A stretch of 64,000 nt of DNA from the human T2T-CHM13v2.0 reference genome, Homo sapiens. The notes under the pieces are model-generated. The model saw only the letters and a list, made by a program, of their open reading frames with translations, did not search any database and was not told where the DNA came from. The position numbers and the translations under genes are program-made. The DNA lies in assembly GCF_009914755.1 (NCBI RefSeq), contig NC_060931.1; one strand, given 5' to 3'. Below, one piece after another: positions 14,769 through 26,650 of this stretch (its first letter is position 1; every line of letters begins with the position of its first letter).

Positions 14769-16016
14769 AGATCATCTTTTCACCCAGAAAGGTTATTTCA
14801 TCCCCCCTCAGATCGCCCCTGGAAATTTCCATGAACAAAACTCTTTCCATTGCAGGAAGCACCTCTTTCATAAGCTGTGGCAAGCAGAGCATCTTCTGAA
14901 ATGCCTTTGGTGATGTCTGTGGTCCCAGCTCCTGCCCACAGCCTCTGCAGCACCCTACACTGTGAAGCCAGACCCTGTCTGAGCTCTTTCTCATCTGGCT
15001 GCTCTGTCTCTGCTTCCCCTTCCTTTGTTCCCCTCTGTCACCCACCAGTGTTTCTTACACAGATGTTCTCTACAGTCTGCTGTGTTCTCACTGAACCTCA
15101 CTGTTTATGCTCTGACACTTGATTTAGGCATAGGACCTGCAGATTTTCAAATTTGAGGAGACGTGGAACTGCCATTCCTCCTCATGTCTCTCATAAAGAG
15201 CTTCTCTGAGCTGAAGGTCTTCACTAAGGCCATATATCAACCCAGCAAGTATCTATGTACTGCCTCCTGGGTGTCTGGCATGGGCTAGGGGCTCAGAGTG
15301 GGATACATGGATAAACAAATCAAATGAGGAAAGACGCAACAGCCTCTGAAGGGACCATGTCCTGTTTCTCCTCCCACTCTTGGAAGCCTGGATCAGCAGA
15401 AGTAGGGGAAAGCCAGTGGCAAGAAAAATCCTCTTTAAAACCAAACTGGAGGTCCTGAGATACTCCAGGCCTACTTGTGCAAATGGGTAGAAACAAGCAG
15501 AGAGGAGCAGTTGTCTATTACGCTGTATTCAAGGGAAATATTTGTTCAGGAATAGTGATTTTCAAATGAGATGGTAAAATTCGTAACAACTCATCTAAAA
15601 TCATTAATCAAGCCAGAAAACGTTTATGAGTTCTTGCCTTGTTTTTAAAAGGCTTTAAGTAAAAACCAAATGTTATAAAGATTTTCTGAGACTTCTCACC
15701 CACCAACTTTCTCTTTATTAGAATTATTACTTCATCATTATTTTAAAGTTACATACATTCATAAAAATTAATTTACCCTGAAATGAAAAGTCCATTTTAT
15801 CATTATGTGTCCTATGCTTGCGTTTTAAAATCAGAAAAAAATTCCTTAAGATAAAAGTGATTCTTTTTTCCTTTCTTTTTGTTTTAATATTCCAAAATTG
15901 GATGAATTGGGACATTGCTTTTATTCTCAGGTTCGCTAGCTTACCTTGCTAGGAACTAGGGAGTTTTACCTTCAACTCTTATTTTCCTAGTTTTGCTTAA
16001 AATGAAAGGTGAATAT

Positions 16017-16038
16017 GTGTGTGTGTGTGTGTGTGTGT
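16017..16038 (+). repeat. (TG)n microsatellite
   Basis: About 11 TG units. Confidence 0.95.
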
Positions 16039-16244
16039 ATGATCTTTTATGTATAATTAAATTTATTACCTCTCAAGTAATCTACTTTGAAAAGAGAGTC
16101 CTATCTCTTAAAAATCAGTGTCTTCTTGCTTTATTGATTTTTCTTTAGAGGGTGGGGACATAAAAGGCTACCAGGAAAAAAATGTCATAGTGGAATCAAC
16201 CCTGCATTTAGTCTTGGGCACACAAAAGAATCCACAGGTCTAGG

Positions 16245-16470
16245 TAGCATAACATGGTGGATAAGAGGAGGAACTCTGCGACCAGGTGACTTGGGTTTGA
16301 ATCCCAGTTCTATCACGCTCTAGTTGTGTGATGTTGGCCAAGTTATTTAACCTCTGTATGCCTTAGTTTCTTCATCTGCAAAATGGAGGTAATAGAAGCA
16401 CATGCTCATAAGGTTGTTGTGAGGTTTAAATGTAGTAATTATAAATAAATCATTTGAAAATTTCTTAGCA
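16245..16470 (+). mobile_element. MIR
   Basis: MIR core gggtttgaatcccagttct...ttatttaacctctg...gtttcttcatctgcaaaatgg. Confidence 0.9.
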
Positions 16471-16715
16471 CAAAATGAGAAGTGCGTGTGTGTGTGTGTA
16501 TGTGTGTAGCAGTTTTTATTTTCAATCATTTTCTGCAGTCACAAGTGAAAGTAAGTTAAATGATGACTCAGTTAACCAATGTTCAAATTAACTGATGCTA
16601 CCAAAGAACACGGACCTCAGTACCATGTTAGCTGCTTTTAAAGAGTCTACTCAAGCGCTTCCCTGGGCCTCATTATTGAACCACTACCAACATGTTCAAA
16701 AATAGAGAGAGGATT

Positions 16716-16800
16716 AGAAACCAAATCCTTCCAACATTTGCATCTCTAGATGTAGAGCTAAGAATTCTGAAATAAACAAATGCAGTGAATTTGGAAATGA
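16716..16800 (+). promoter_or_regulatory. Putative TAS2R39 proximal promoter module (octamer + forkhead/E-box)
   Basis: ATTTGCAT 16736-16743 and ATAAACAAATG 16772-16782, both conserved upstream of TAS2R40. Confidence 0.6.
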
Positions 16801-16861
16801 TACATCAATTGCTTCCTCCTATGACATCAATACTGGGAGTTATCAAGAGTCTGCCCATCAA

Positions 16862-17878
16862 ATGCTAGGGAGATGTTTTCCTCCAGACACCAAAGAGAAG
16901 CAACAGCTCAGAATGACTAAACTCTGCGATCCTGCAGAAAGTGAATTGTCGCCATTTCTCATCACCTTAATTTTAGCAGTTTTACTTGCTGAATACCTCA
17001 TTGGTATCATTGCAAATGGTTTCATCATGGCTATACATGCAGCTGAATGGGTTCAAAATAAGGCAGTTTCCACAAGTGGCAGGATCCTGGTTTTCCTGAG
17101 TGTATCCAGAATAGCTCTCCAAAGCCTCATGATGTTAGAAATTACCATCAGCTCAACCTCCCTAAGTTTTTATTCTGAAGACGCTGTATATTATGCATTC
17201 AAAATAAGTTTTATATTCTTAAATTTTTGTAGCCTGTGGTTTGCTGCCTGGCTCAGTTTCTTCTACTTTGTGAAGATTGCCAATTTCTCCTACCCCCTTT
17301 TCCTCAAACTGAGGTGGAGAATTACTGGATTGATACCCTGGCTTCTGTGGCTGTCCGTGTTTATTTCCTTCAGTCACAGCATGTTCTGCATCAACATCTG
17401 CACTGTGTATTGTAACAATTCTTTCCCTATCCACTCCTCCAACTCCACTAAGAAAACATACTTGTCTGAGATCAATGTGGTCGGTCTGGCTTTTTTCTTT
17501 AACCTGGGGATTGTGACTCCTCTGATCATGTTCATCCTGACAGCCACCCTGCTGATCCTCTCTCTCAAGAGACACACCCTACACATGGGAAGCAATGCCA
17601 CAGGGTCCAACGACCCCAGCATGGAGGCTCACATGGGGGCCATCAAAGCTATCAGCTACTTTCTCATTCTCTACATTTTCAATGCAGTTGCTCTGTTTAT
17701 CTACCTGTCCAACATGTTTGACATCAACAGTCTGTGGAATAATTTGTGCCAGATCATCATGGCTGCCTACCCTGCCAGCCACTCAATTCTACTGATTCAA
17801 GATAACCCTGGGCTGAGAAGAGCCTGGAAGCGGCTTCAGCTTCGACTTCATCTTTACCCAAAAGAGTGGACTCTGTGA
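16862..17878 (+). CDS. TAS2R39: Taste receptor type 2 member 39 (bitter taste GPCR), intronless, 338 aa
   Basis: 7 hydrophobic segments; TAS2R motifs [51 protein letters not shown]; N-terminus MLGRCFPPDTKEKQQLRM recognised. Confidence 0.97.
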   Translation: MLGRCFPPDTKEKQQLRMTKLCDPAESELSPFLITLILAVLLAEYLIGIIANGFIMAIHAAEWVQNKAVSTSGRILVFLSVSRIALQSLMMLEITISSTSLSFYSEDAVYYAFKISFIFLNFCSLWFAAWLSFFYFVKIANFSYPLFLKLRWRITGLIPWLLWLSVFISFSHSMFCINICTVYCNNSFPIHSSNSTKKTYLSEINVVGLAFFFNLGIVTPLIMFILTATLLILSLKRHTLHMGSNATGSNDPSMEAHMGAIKAISYFLILYIFNAVALFIYLSNMFDINSLWNNLCQIIMAAYPASHSILLIQDNPGLRRAWKRLQLRLHLYPKEWTL

Positions 17879-18107
17879 CCAGCACCCAAGAAGACCACAG
17901 GACCTGGCCTTACCAGCTCTGCCATTCCCTCACCTAGACCTCTCTTTTCTCTCTTCTTTTCTTCTCCAACCCTCATCTGACCCTTTTCGCCTGATGTGGC
18001 TTTTTATATAGGAAATTGATCATTTCTTTTTTGCTTCATGGGTACAATCTTAGTGGTACTGTCATATTCTTTACCTGAGCCCTCTACCTCCCCTTGCTCT
18101 GTTTAAA

Positions 18108-18278
18108 GCAGTGATTCTAAGCACTGGCTACCCATTAGAATCTCTAGGTTGATTTTTGAAAATACCAATGTTCAAACCCAATCTCAGATCTATTAAGTCA
18201 GAATTTCTAGTGTTAGAACTCACACAATTTTCTAAGATCTCCAGGTGATTCTGCTGTGCAGCAGGGTTGTATAGCCAC
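18108..18278. mobile_element. MER5-type hAT MITE
   Basis: cagtgattct...cattagaatc...ccaggtgattctg.tgtgcagc.agggttg. Confidence 0.75.
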
Positions 18279-20259
18279 CAAAATAGAAGAATGTTCTGAA
18301 ACTAGTTCCTGACAACTCTCTTTCTCCCTCCACATGCCTTTTAAACACATTTAGATAACTTGGGAAGTTTTCTGAGCAGAAGTTTGAAATGCATTTTGTC
18401 TCCATCTTTCAAAGATATAACCAAAATAATGTGGAACTATTTATCAAAATTAATAATGCATAAAACACCTTTCATCCTAAAAATTACTAAGAATTTTTTC
18501 TAAGCATGGTTTTGTATAAATAAGCAAAAATATGTGCAAGAGGCTCTTCACAGCTGCACTGTTCATGAATGACGGGAATTGAATGTCTGAAATGAATATT
18601 ATGTTAACCTTTTTTAAATGAGATAGATGCATGCTTCCTGAGATGAAAAGATTTCCAATACACAGTGCAAAAAGCAAGGAGATATTTTATGATTCCATCT
18701 GTATTTCTTTTTTTCATAATACTTATATATTTGTATGTATATATATGTACATGCAAAGTTTCTGGACAAATATACCAAAAATAATTCACAGAGGGCTTCT
18801 GAGTGGTGTCACTGGGTATCTGGGGAATAAATGAAATATTTACCGTTTATTTTATGCCTTTATGCATTGTTTGAATTACTTAGAACATGTATTCACTAAT
18901 TTTAAAATTTTAAAAGATTTATATTGATTTTTATTAGAAAGAGAATTGGTAAGTAAAAAAGATTTGAGAGAAAGGATAGTGCACATTATTTTGTTGATTG
19001 GCTCTCTCACTATTGGGTTTTATTAAAAATGCAAACAAATCACAAATTAAACATCACAGGCTTTCAATCCATTGACACCTCTATATTCTCTGTCCCTCTA
19101 TCAGGCCTGTCCTCTCTTCCTTTCATATTCAATTTGGATTACTGGTCAATCATTATACTCACCCTTCAAAAATAGCTTCAATATTTACAGATGAAATGAG
19201 CTGTATCTGTGATTTGCTTTGAATTAATCCAACATAGGACAAAGGAGTAGAGAACGGGGTGGTTTGGGTTATTCTTATGCTAATGTTTTTTTAAACAAGG
19301 CTTCAGGCATGTGGAGTTCTTTCTACTATTCTATTTCAGAATATGTTTGAGAATTTCCCTAATATAGCTTTTATATAAATAAATCATACAATATTCTAAA
19401 TTCCTGACCCTTCTAAATGTGAAATAATCCCACATTTAAATGACTATTTAACATTCTGTGTTTGCTTCTAAGCAGCTGAGTGTTACTTGAGAGTATTTCA
19501 GAACTGGATGAGTTCATGTTCCTACAAATTCATGCTATTCAGCCTCAAACGAGTAACTTCATTGAGCATTTCCATCCCATATTTCCCTAGAGAAGTCACT
19601 CATTAAAGTCCCCACAATGACTATCTCACATCTTTTTCTCAGTCTCCAAACCTTCAGCCTCTCTTCTCCCTGACCCATTTCAGCCCTTAAAGTCTTTGTC
19701 AGGCAACATTTGAAGGACAATCCTCTTTTTCCCATTAGTGAATCTACTAATCCACCAATTTCTGCCTATATCCCCAATATTCAATAGAAAGGGTGCCAGT
19801 CAATGAAAAAAAATCATTAGACATGTTTTAACTATGTTCTACTCCCTCTATATTTTTTCCTCCTCCAAGTTTCATTTTTCTATGTGTTTCAGTTTGTTTT
19901 CTCTCGTGATCGAGTCTTTCCTTAAACATCCGATGATCCTTGAATGTCAGCGCTAAAAAGTCGACTGCCAAATTTTAAAAATTCATTTTAAAATATCTTT
20001 TAGAATATAAAAACTATGTTGAAACATCTATGTGAGTGGTCGCTCAAAAGTAGAACATGCAAACTTGGATTCTTAATTTTCCCCTTGAAACACATTTCCT
20101 TTTCAGTTTTCTCCAACTCATTAAATAGTGCCACATTATTTCCACTGGTGAAGTCAGAATGCTAGGAACCACCATGGATGTGTCTTCTGTCTTACTCACT
20201 TCATGCAACTCATCAGTAAGTCCCATGTTTCTGTCCTGTGACGTGTATAAGTAGAGGAT

Positions 20260-20465
20260 CATTCAGTTATTAGTTGAACAAGTATTGGCTGAACACCAAC
20301 TATATGGCATATTCTATTCCAGTTGCTATGTATACAATGAACAGGGCTCTTGTCATCATGGATCTTCTAGTCTAGTGGGAAAGCATTGGTAATAAAACCT
20401 AGAATGAATAGCACATCATGGTGGTGGTGTTAGATCAGCCCAGTCAGGAAAGGCCTAAATGAGTA
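20260..20465 (-). mobile_element. L2 3' end fragment
   Basis: attcag..gaacaagtattggctgaacacc.actat resembles the reverse L2 tail. Confidence 0.55.
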
Positions 20466-20475
20466 AATAAGATAT

Positions 20476-20790
20476 AAAGAGGTAATTGTTAAAAATATAA
20501 ATCTAGGCCAGGCGCCGTGGCTCACGCCTGTAATCCCAGCACTTTGGGAGGCTGAGGCGGGTGGATCACGAGGTCAGGGGTTCGAGACCAGCCTGGCCAA
20601 CATGGTGAAACCCTGTCTCTACTAAAAATACAAAAATTAGCCAGGCGTGGTGGTGGGTGCCTGTAATCCCAGCTACTCAGGAGGCTGAGGCAGGAGAATC
20701 GCTTGAAACCAGAAGGCAGAGGTTGCAGTGAGCGAAGATCACACCACTACACTCCAGCCTAGGCAAAAGAGCAAAACTCCATCTCAGAAA

Positions 20791-20841
<51 letters not shown>

Positions 20842-21100
20842 CTAGATAGAGGAATAAGTTCTAGAGTAGCACTGTAGGGTGACTTATAGTTAACAATAAT
20901 TTACTGTGTATTTTCAAATTGCTAGAAGAGAGGATTTTGAATGTTTCCAACACAAAGAAATGTTTGAAGTGATAGATATGCAGATTACTCAGATTTGATC
21001 ATCCCACATGGTATACATGTACCCAAATATCACTGGGTCCTATTAATATGTACAATTACTACATGTTAACTAAAAATAAAACAAAATTATAAAAATAAAA
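20476..21100 (+). mobile_element. L1MA 3' end, interrupted by Alu
   Basis: gaggaataagttctag..atagttaacaataat..gctagaagagaggattttgaatgtt. Confidence 0.85.
20507..20837 (+). mobile_element. Alu (AluSg-like) with A-tail extended by (TA)n
   Basis: Dimer; poly-A then ~15 TA units; TSD atataaatcta. Confidence 0.95.
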
Positions 21101-21985
21101 AATTATAAATATAAACCAAACATTTAGGATAATTACGAAATAAATCTAAGGAAATCAGAACATATTAAATATTGATTTGATAAATAAAATATAAAAAAGT
21201 TAAAATGGATACAAAACTGGTTCATTGAAAAGAGGCAGTAAAATTGGCATCATTAGCTTACATAATCAAGAAAGAAAAAAGGCATAAATACACAAAATAA
21301 GACATGAAAGAAAAATAACTACAAATCAGAGAAATTGCAGTACTTTTAAGAAACTATTTTGTTTAACTCTATGCTAGAGTTTGAAAACGTAGATAAGATA
21401 GATGTTCCTAGAAAAATATAATTTACTAAAATTGACTTCAAGAAAATCTAAGCAGAATAATCATCACAGTTGAGCTAGAGAAAGTTGTGAAGAGCCACTC
21501 CTCAAATAATGCTGGCACCAGATGTTCACAAGGGAATTCTATCAACTTTTTAAAAGCAAATAATATGAAGTCTATGTAAATTGTTTCACAGCACAAAAGT
21601 TAAAGGAAGCTTCCAAATTTGTTTTGTGAAATAAATATAATTTAGATATCAAAACCTAACAAAAATTGTCTCCCAGAAAACTACAAATAAACCTCACCTC
21701 ACTTATCAGTGTTTATACAAAAATACTAAATAAGATTTAGTATTAAATTTAAATCTAGAATACAGGTTTATTTCATAAAAGTAAAGATGGTTTAATATTA
21801 GAAAACATATCAATATAATTAACCATATTAATAATACTAAAGAGACAAATCATATAATAATGTTAAGTGCTGAAAAATAAAATTCAAGAACCATTCCTAA
21901 TTATTAAAAAATCTTACAATAAAAATAGATGATTTCCTAACATGATAAAATATATCTATCTCTTAATAGCTAGCAAGCATCATTC

Positions 21986-22156
21986 TTTTTTTTTTTTTTA
22001 GACGGAGTCTCACTCTGTTGTCCAGGCTGGAGTGCAGTGCGATGGCACAGTCTTGGCTCACTGCAAACCTCTGTCTCCCAGGTTCAAGCAATTCTCCTGC
22101 CTCAGCCTCCCAAGTGGCTGGGATTACAGACATGAACCACCGTGCCTGGCTAATTT
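21986..22156 (-). mobile_element. 5'-truncated Alu (right arm only)
   Basis: Poly-T + right arm; TSD agcatcattctt. Confidence 0.9.
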
Positions 22157-22493
22157 AACAGCTAGCATCATTCTTAATGAGAAAACATTATTATTTCCAT
22201 TAAATTCAGGTAAAAAGACAAAGATGTTTACCCTCACCCTATTAACTGATGTTAACCCTAGATAAGTATCCAGTACAACTAGAAGAAGTGAAATTAATTT
22301 AAAGGATTTTAAAAAATTGGAAGTTTCCTGGTGGAGTATCTTATCTGCAGATGGTTATATAAATAAAAAACCCAAGAGAAGCAACTAAAATATTATTCTA
22401 AATAACAAAAGCATGAAATATGGAAGGAAAAAAATAAACAGCAACAAAAAATAAGATACTAGAGCAATAAAGTTAACAAAAAATGAGCACGAC

Positions 22494-23257
22494 TGAAACA
22501 GGAAATTTTCCCTGACCCCTTCATAGGCCTCACAAAGGGAGTTGCTCGTTTATTCAGCCTGCAGCTCTCAAATCCTTTGTAGGAGGGGAGGCATGCAGGT
22601 GAGTGGGTGCAGGGACCAGGAGGAGTTCTGGATGCCGGCAGGAGCAGAACTCCTTGCGGCCCCACAGCAGCATCCAGCGGGGTACCCATGACCCCTGGAG
22701 CCCCAGAGGGCATGTGTTACTGTGCTCTTATAGCTTTGCTATCCATGTACGGCTTTAGTGTTTAACAGCTCAGTGTGATAGCCCTCTGTATCTCAAGCTC
22801 TTGTTGGGCATCCAGGAAGAATCAGGTCGCAGGAACAAACTGAACATGGTAAATGCAGGGGATTTTATTGCTGATAAAAGTGGTTCTCAGTGGGATGAAG
22901 GGCTTGGAAGTGGATAGAGCAGGAAGGGGGTCTTCCTCTGGAGTTAGGCCATCTCTTCTCCAAGGTCCAGCTATCAAGCCGACCCTCTGAAGTCAAGCTG
23001 CTTCTTGCCAATGTTAAGCTGCTTTTTCTCTTCTCTCCTCTGATGCTCTGCTGCTAGTGGAGCCTGGGGTTTTTATGGGCACAGGATGTGGGGGGCGGGG
23101 GTGGAGCAGGCCAGGGTAATTTGGAAGAGGCAACATTTAAGCGGGAAAACAGAAATGCATGTTCTCACTTTGGGCTGTGAGTCCAGGCTTGAGGGTGGGG
23201 CTTCAAGAAGGACCCGCCCTTTTCTACCTAATATTTCGCTGCCTCCTGTCCATATCA
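22494..23257 (-). mobile_element. ERV1 solo LTR (LTR1/LTR27/MER52 group)
   Basis: TG..CA ends; reverse start tgatatggacaggaggcag; degenerate 4-bp TSD cgac/caat. Confidence 0.8.
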
Positions 23258-24210
23258 CAATCTATATGAAGACTACTTTTAAATGCTTCAGATATACACA
23301 CAGAAGACTTGAACAGGAGAAAGGCTACCATGCTATTGAGTGGAAAATGTCAATGTCATCAGATACAACATTTCCCTAAATGAATCTACATTTACTGTAA
23401 TTTGACACAAATGCCAAAAATTTTTTAGACAGATAATAAACATAATCTGGAAAAAATGAAGCAAGAATGGCCAGAAACATTCTGAAAATGAAAAAGTAAT
23501 GAGGGAGGACTAACCCCATGAAATAACACACATGTTATGAAGCTGAAAAACACAAAATAGTGTGACAGTGGAAATCAATACTCAATAAAACAGAGTAGAC
23601 ATCCAGAAAAATGAGAATTTAGTATATGGTAAAAGTGGTATTAGTAAAGGAATAATGGATTATTCAATAAATTATGTTAGAACAACTAGCTAGCAAAGTG
23701 GAAAAAAATTTTGGATGTCTCTCTCACATCTTATACTAGGCCAAATAAATCAAATAATTCATGTTTTTATTTAAAAAAGGAACTATTAAATATTAGAAGA
23801 AATTTTGGAGATTTCAAAGTTAATTTTAGAGTTGAGAAGACCCTTCTAACCATGATAAGTGAAAAAACAAGCATAAAATGATTTATTTAATCTGGTTACA
23901 TAAAGTAAAAAGATACTACATGGCAAAAACTACCTAAGCAAAGTCAAAGACAAACAAGAAACTGGGAAATAATATTTGCCACTCACATTCCAGATAAAGA
24001 TTAATTTTCTGAATATATTAAGAGCTCATACAAATCAATAAGAACAATTACTGAAGTTAAAAATTGGCAAAGGATATGAACTGATAGTTAGAGAAAATGA
24101 AATAAAGGTGGCTTTTAAGAAATTAAAAGCTTATAAAATGTGAAAAGGTATTTAAAAATTAAAATTAAAAATCATCCATTATCCTTCAACCCAGAGACAA
24201 CTTTTAAAGC

Positions 24211-24214
24211 GTGT

Positions 24215-24256
<42 letters not shown>
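24211..24256 (+). repeat. (TG)n microsatellite
   Basis: About 22 TG units with one TC interruption. Confidence 0.97.
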
Positions 24257-24258
<2 letters not shown>

Positions 24259-25032
24259 TTTAACAAAACTGGGTTCATACTAAAGTTTTTGTAATCTTTT
24301 GTTTTCATATAACATTTAGATGATTTTTCCAATTCATTAAGTTGCTTTCAGAAGTTTGTTTAAAAAATTTAAAGGATGCTCAGCCTGATTTACTACAAGA
24401 GAAATAGAAATAAGAACTACTCTGAGATGTACTTTTTCACCTATCAGATTAACAAAGATCAAAAAGTTTGAAAACACACTGTGCTGATGATCATAGGGAC
24501 CAGGTGAGCTCATAAATGATGGAAGTGTTAATTGCTACTGCCTCAAGTACAGTTTAGTAATAGCTATGAAAATCATGGTGGTACATACATTCACTCAAGA
24601 ATTTTACATGAGCGAAACAAGAATACATATACTTGAACACATAAAAGATAACATATGTACACAGGTTACATGTTACAGCATTGTTTATAATAGAAAAAAT
24701 AGGAAAATCATAGGATATCATCAATACAAATTGATATCAATACAAAGGTTCAGTGTAAGAAGCTATAGAAAGAAAATATTAAAAGAGGCACAAGAAAGAG
24801 AAAGATAGAAAGAGAAAGGAACCAAATGTATTTATGTGTTTGGAATGGCTTCCAAATGTATTATTAGGCGCAAAAAAAAAGCAATGCATTTAATATACTA
24901 TCATTTGCATTCAATACTGTTGTTAAAAATAATTAAATACATGTGTGCTTGCATATACACTAATTTTCTCTGGAAGAATACAATAAGAAATTAATAATAT
25001 TGTTTTCTTAAAATAGAGTTAGAAAATGGGAA

Positions 25033-25337
<305 letters not shown>

Positions 25338-25484
25338 TTATGTTTTCTTCCACAGATGTAAATTATGGACTGGGAGACAAGAAGCAGGAAGAAGACTTTT
25401 TACTGTATACATTTTGTATCTTCTGAATTTTCAATGATATTACCATATAATCTATTCAAGAAATGAATACATAGAAAATCTGAG

Positions 25485-25822
25485 CTGTTTTGTCATAAAG
25501 ACATACCCAAGACTGGGTAACTTGTAAAGGAAAGAGGTTTAATTGACTCACAGTTCCATATGGCTGTGAGGCCTCACAATCATGGTGGAAGAGCAAGGGA
25601 CATCTTACATGGCGACAGGCAAGAGAGAGCCTGTGCAGGGGATCTCACCTTTATAAAACCATCAGATCTCGTGAGACTTATTCACTATCACGAGAACAGC
25701 ACGGGAAAGACCTATCTCCATGATTCAATTACCTCCCACTGGGTCCCTCCCATGACACAAGGGAATTGTGGGAGCTACAATTCAAGATGAGATTTGGGTG
25801 GCGATACAGCCAAACCATATCA
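25485..25822 (-). mobile_element. THE1-type MaLR LTR
   Basis: aaagacatacccaagactggg...cagccaaaccatatca. Confidence 0.9.
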
Positions 25823-26479
25823 GTGCTACTAAATCTTGAGAATTTAGTCACACCTATTATAATGCTAACAACACCCACTGCCATCCTGTGTGTTTCTAGA
25901 ACTTTGTTTTGTTTCAGCCACAAACATTTTTTTCGTATCTGGTCAAGAATTGTATACACTATGCAATGGTGAGTCTCAGGCAGCCAGGAGTACTCTCAAT
26001 GTGTGCTAACTTGAATTAAGGGAGGACATATTTCTGCGGCCCAATAAATTTAAGAAATGCTCTCTTGAGCCCCAGTAAACAGGTTTCTATATAATAAACA
26101 AAATGTTGCTAATTCACCATCAGCATTGGAATGATAAACCCTAGCAAGCTGACCCTTTCATTTCTATTATACGTGTGATAACATAAAATCTCCCATATCA
26201 CCAGCCATTTAGCAGAAAGAATTTCTCCTACTTGGCACTAGACCAAGAGTAACAACCTACAGTTGGGTTGAAAAGGCCAGATAGAGGTACCTGTAAAAAA
26301 AAAGACTAAAGACAAACTGAAAACAAAATGCTGAGGAAACAGTAATTAAGAAAGTGCTCTGAGAAGAAAATTAGGTTGAATCTTAGAGAAAATTGAATTA
26401 ACAACAAAAGTAGCAGCAACAACAACCAAATAACCACAGAGCAGAAAGTGTCTACAAGCAAGGAATGGTAACAGTAGTT

Positions 26480-26650
26480 AAATTCAAGTTAAAGTTCTAA
26501 GTCTCTGCCATCTACTCTGTTTATTCTTGAGCAAAAAACTAACCTATGCAAATCTTAATTCTCTCATCTATAAAATGAGGAGGATAATAATGCTGATCTC
26601 ACAGGAGGGTCCTGAACAATAATTAAAATAATATATATATAGCAAATGGC
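26480..26650 (+). mobile_element. MIR fragment
   Basis: ttctctcatctataaaatgaggaggataataatgc core. Confidence 0.7.

Larger units (their letters stand above)
21110..25010 (+). mobile_element. Highly diverged L1ME-like ORF2/3' remnants
   Basis: A-rich L1-like blocks (caaaactggttcattgaaaag, ctggcaccagatg.ttcacaagggaattctatcaac, cacctatcagattaacaaag). Confidence 0.65.

Noticed and set aside
17219-17575. Antisense ORFs in both receptors sharing [19 protein letters not shown] (also 55958-56167)
   Set aside because: Shadow of the near-identical sense-strand tract; no independent evidence of coding.
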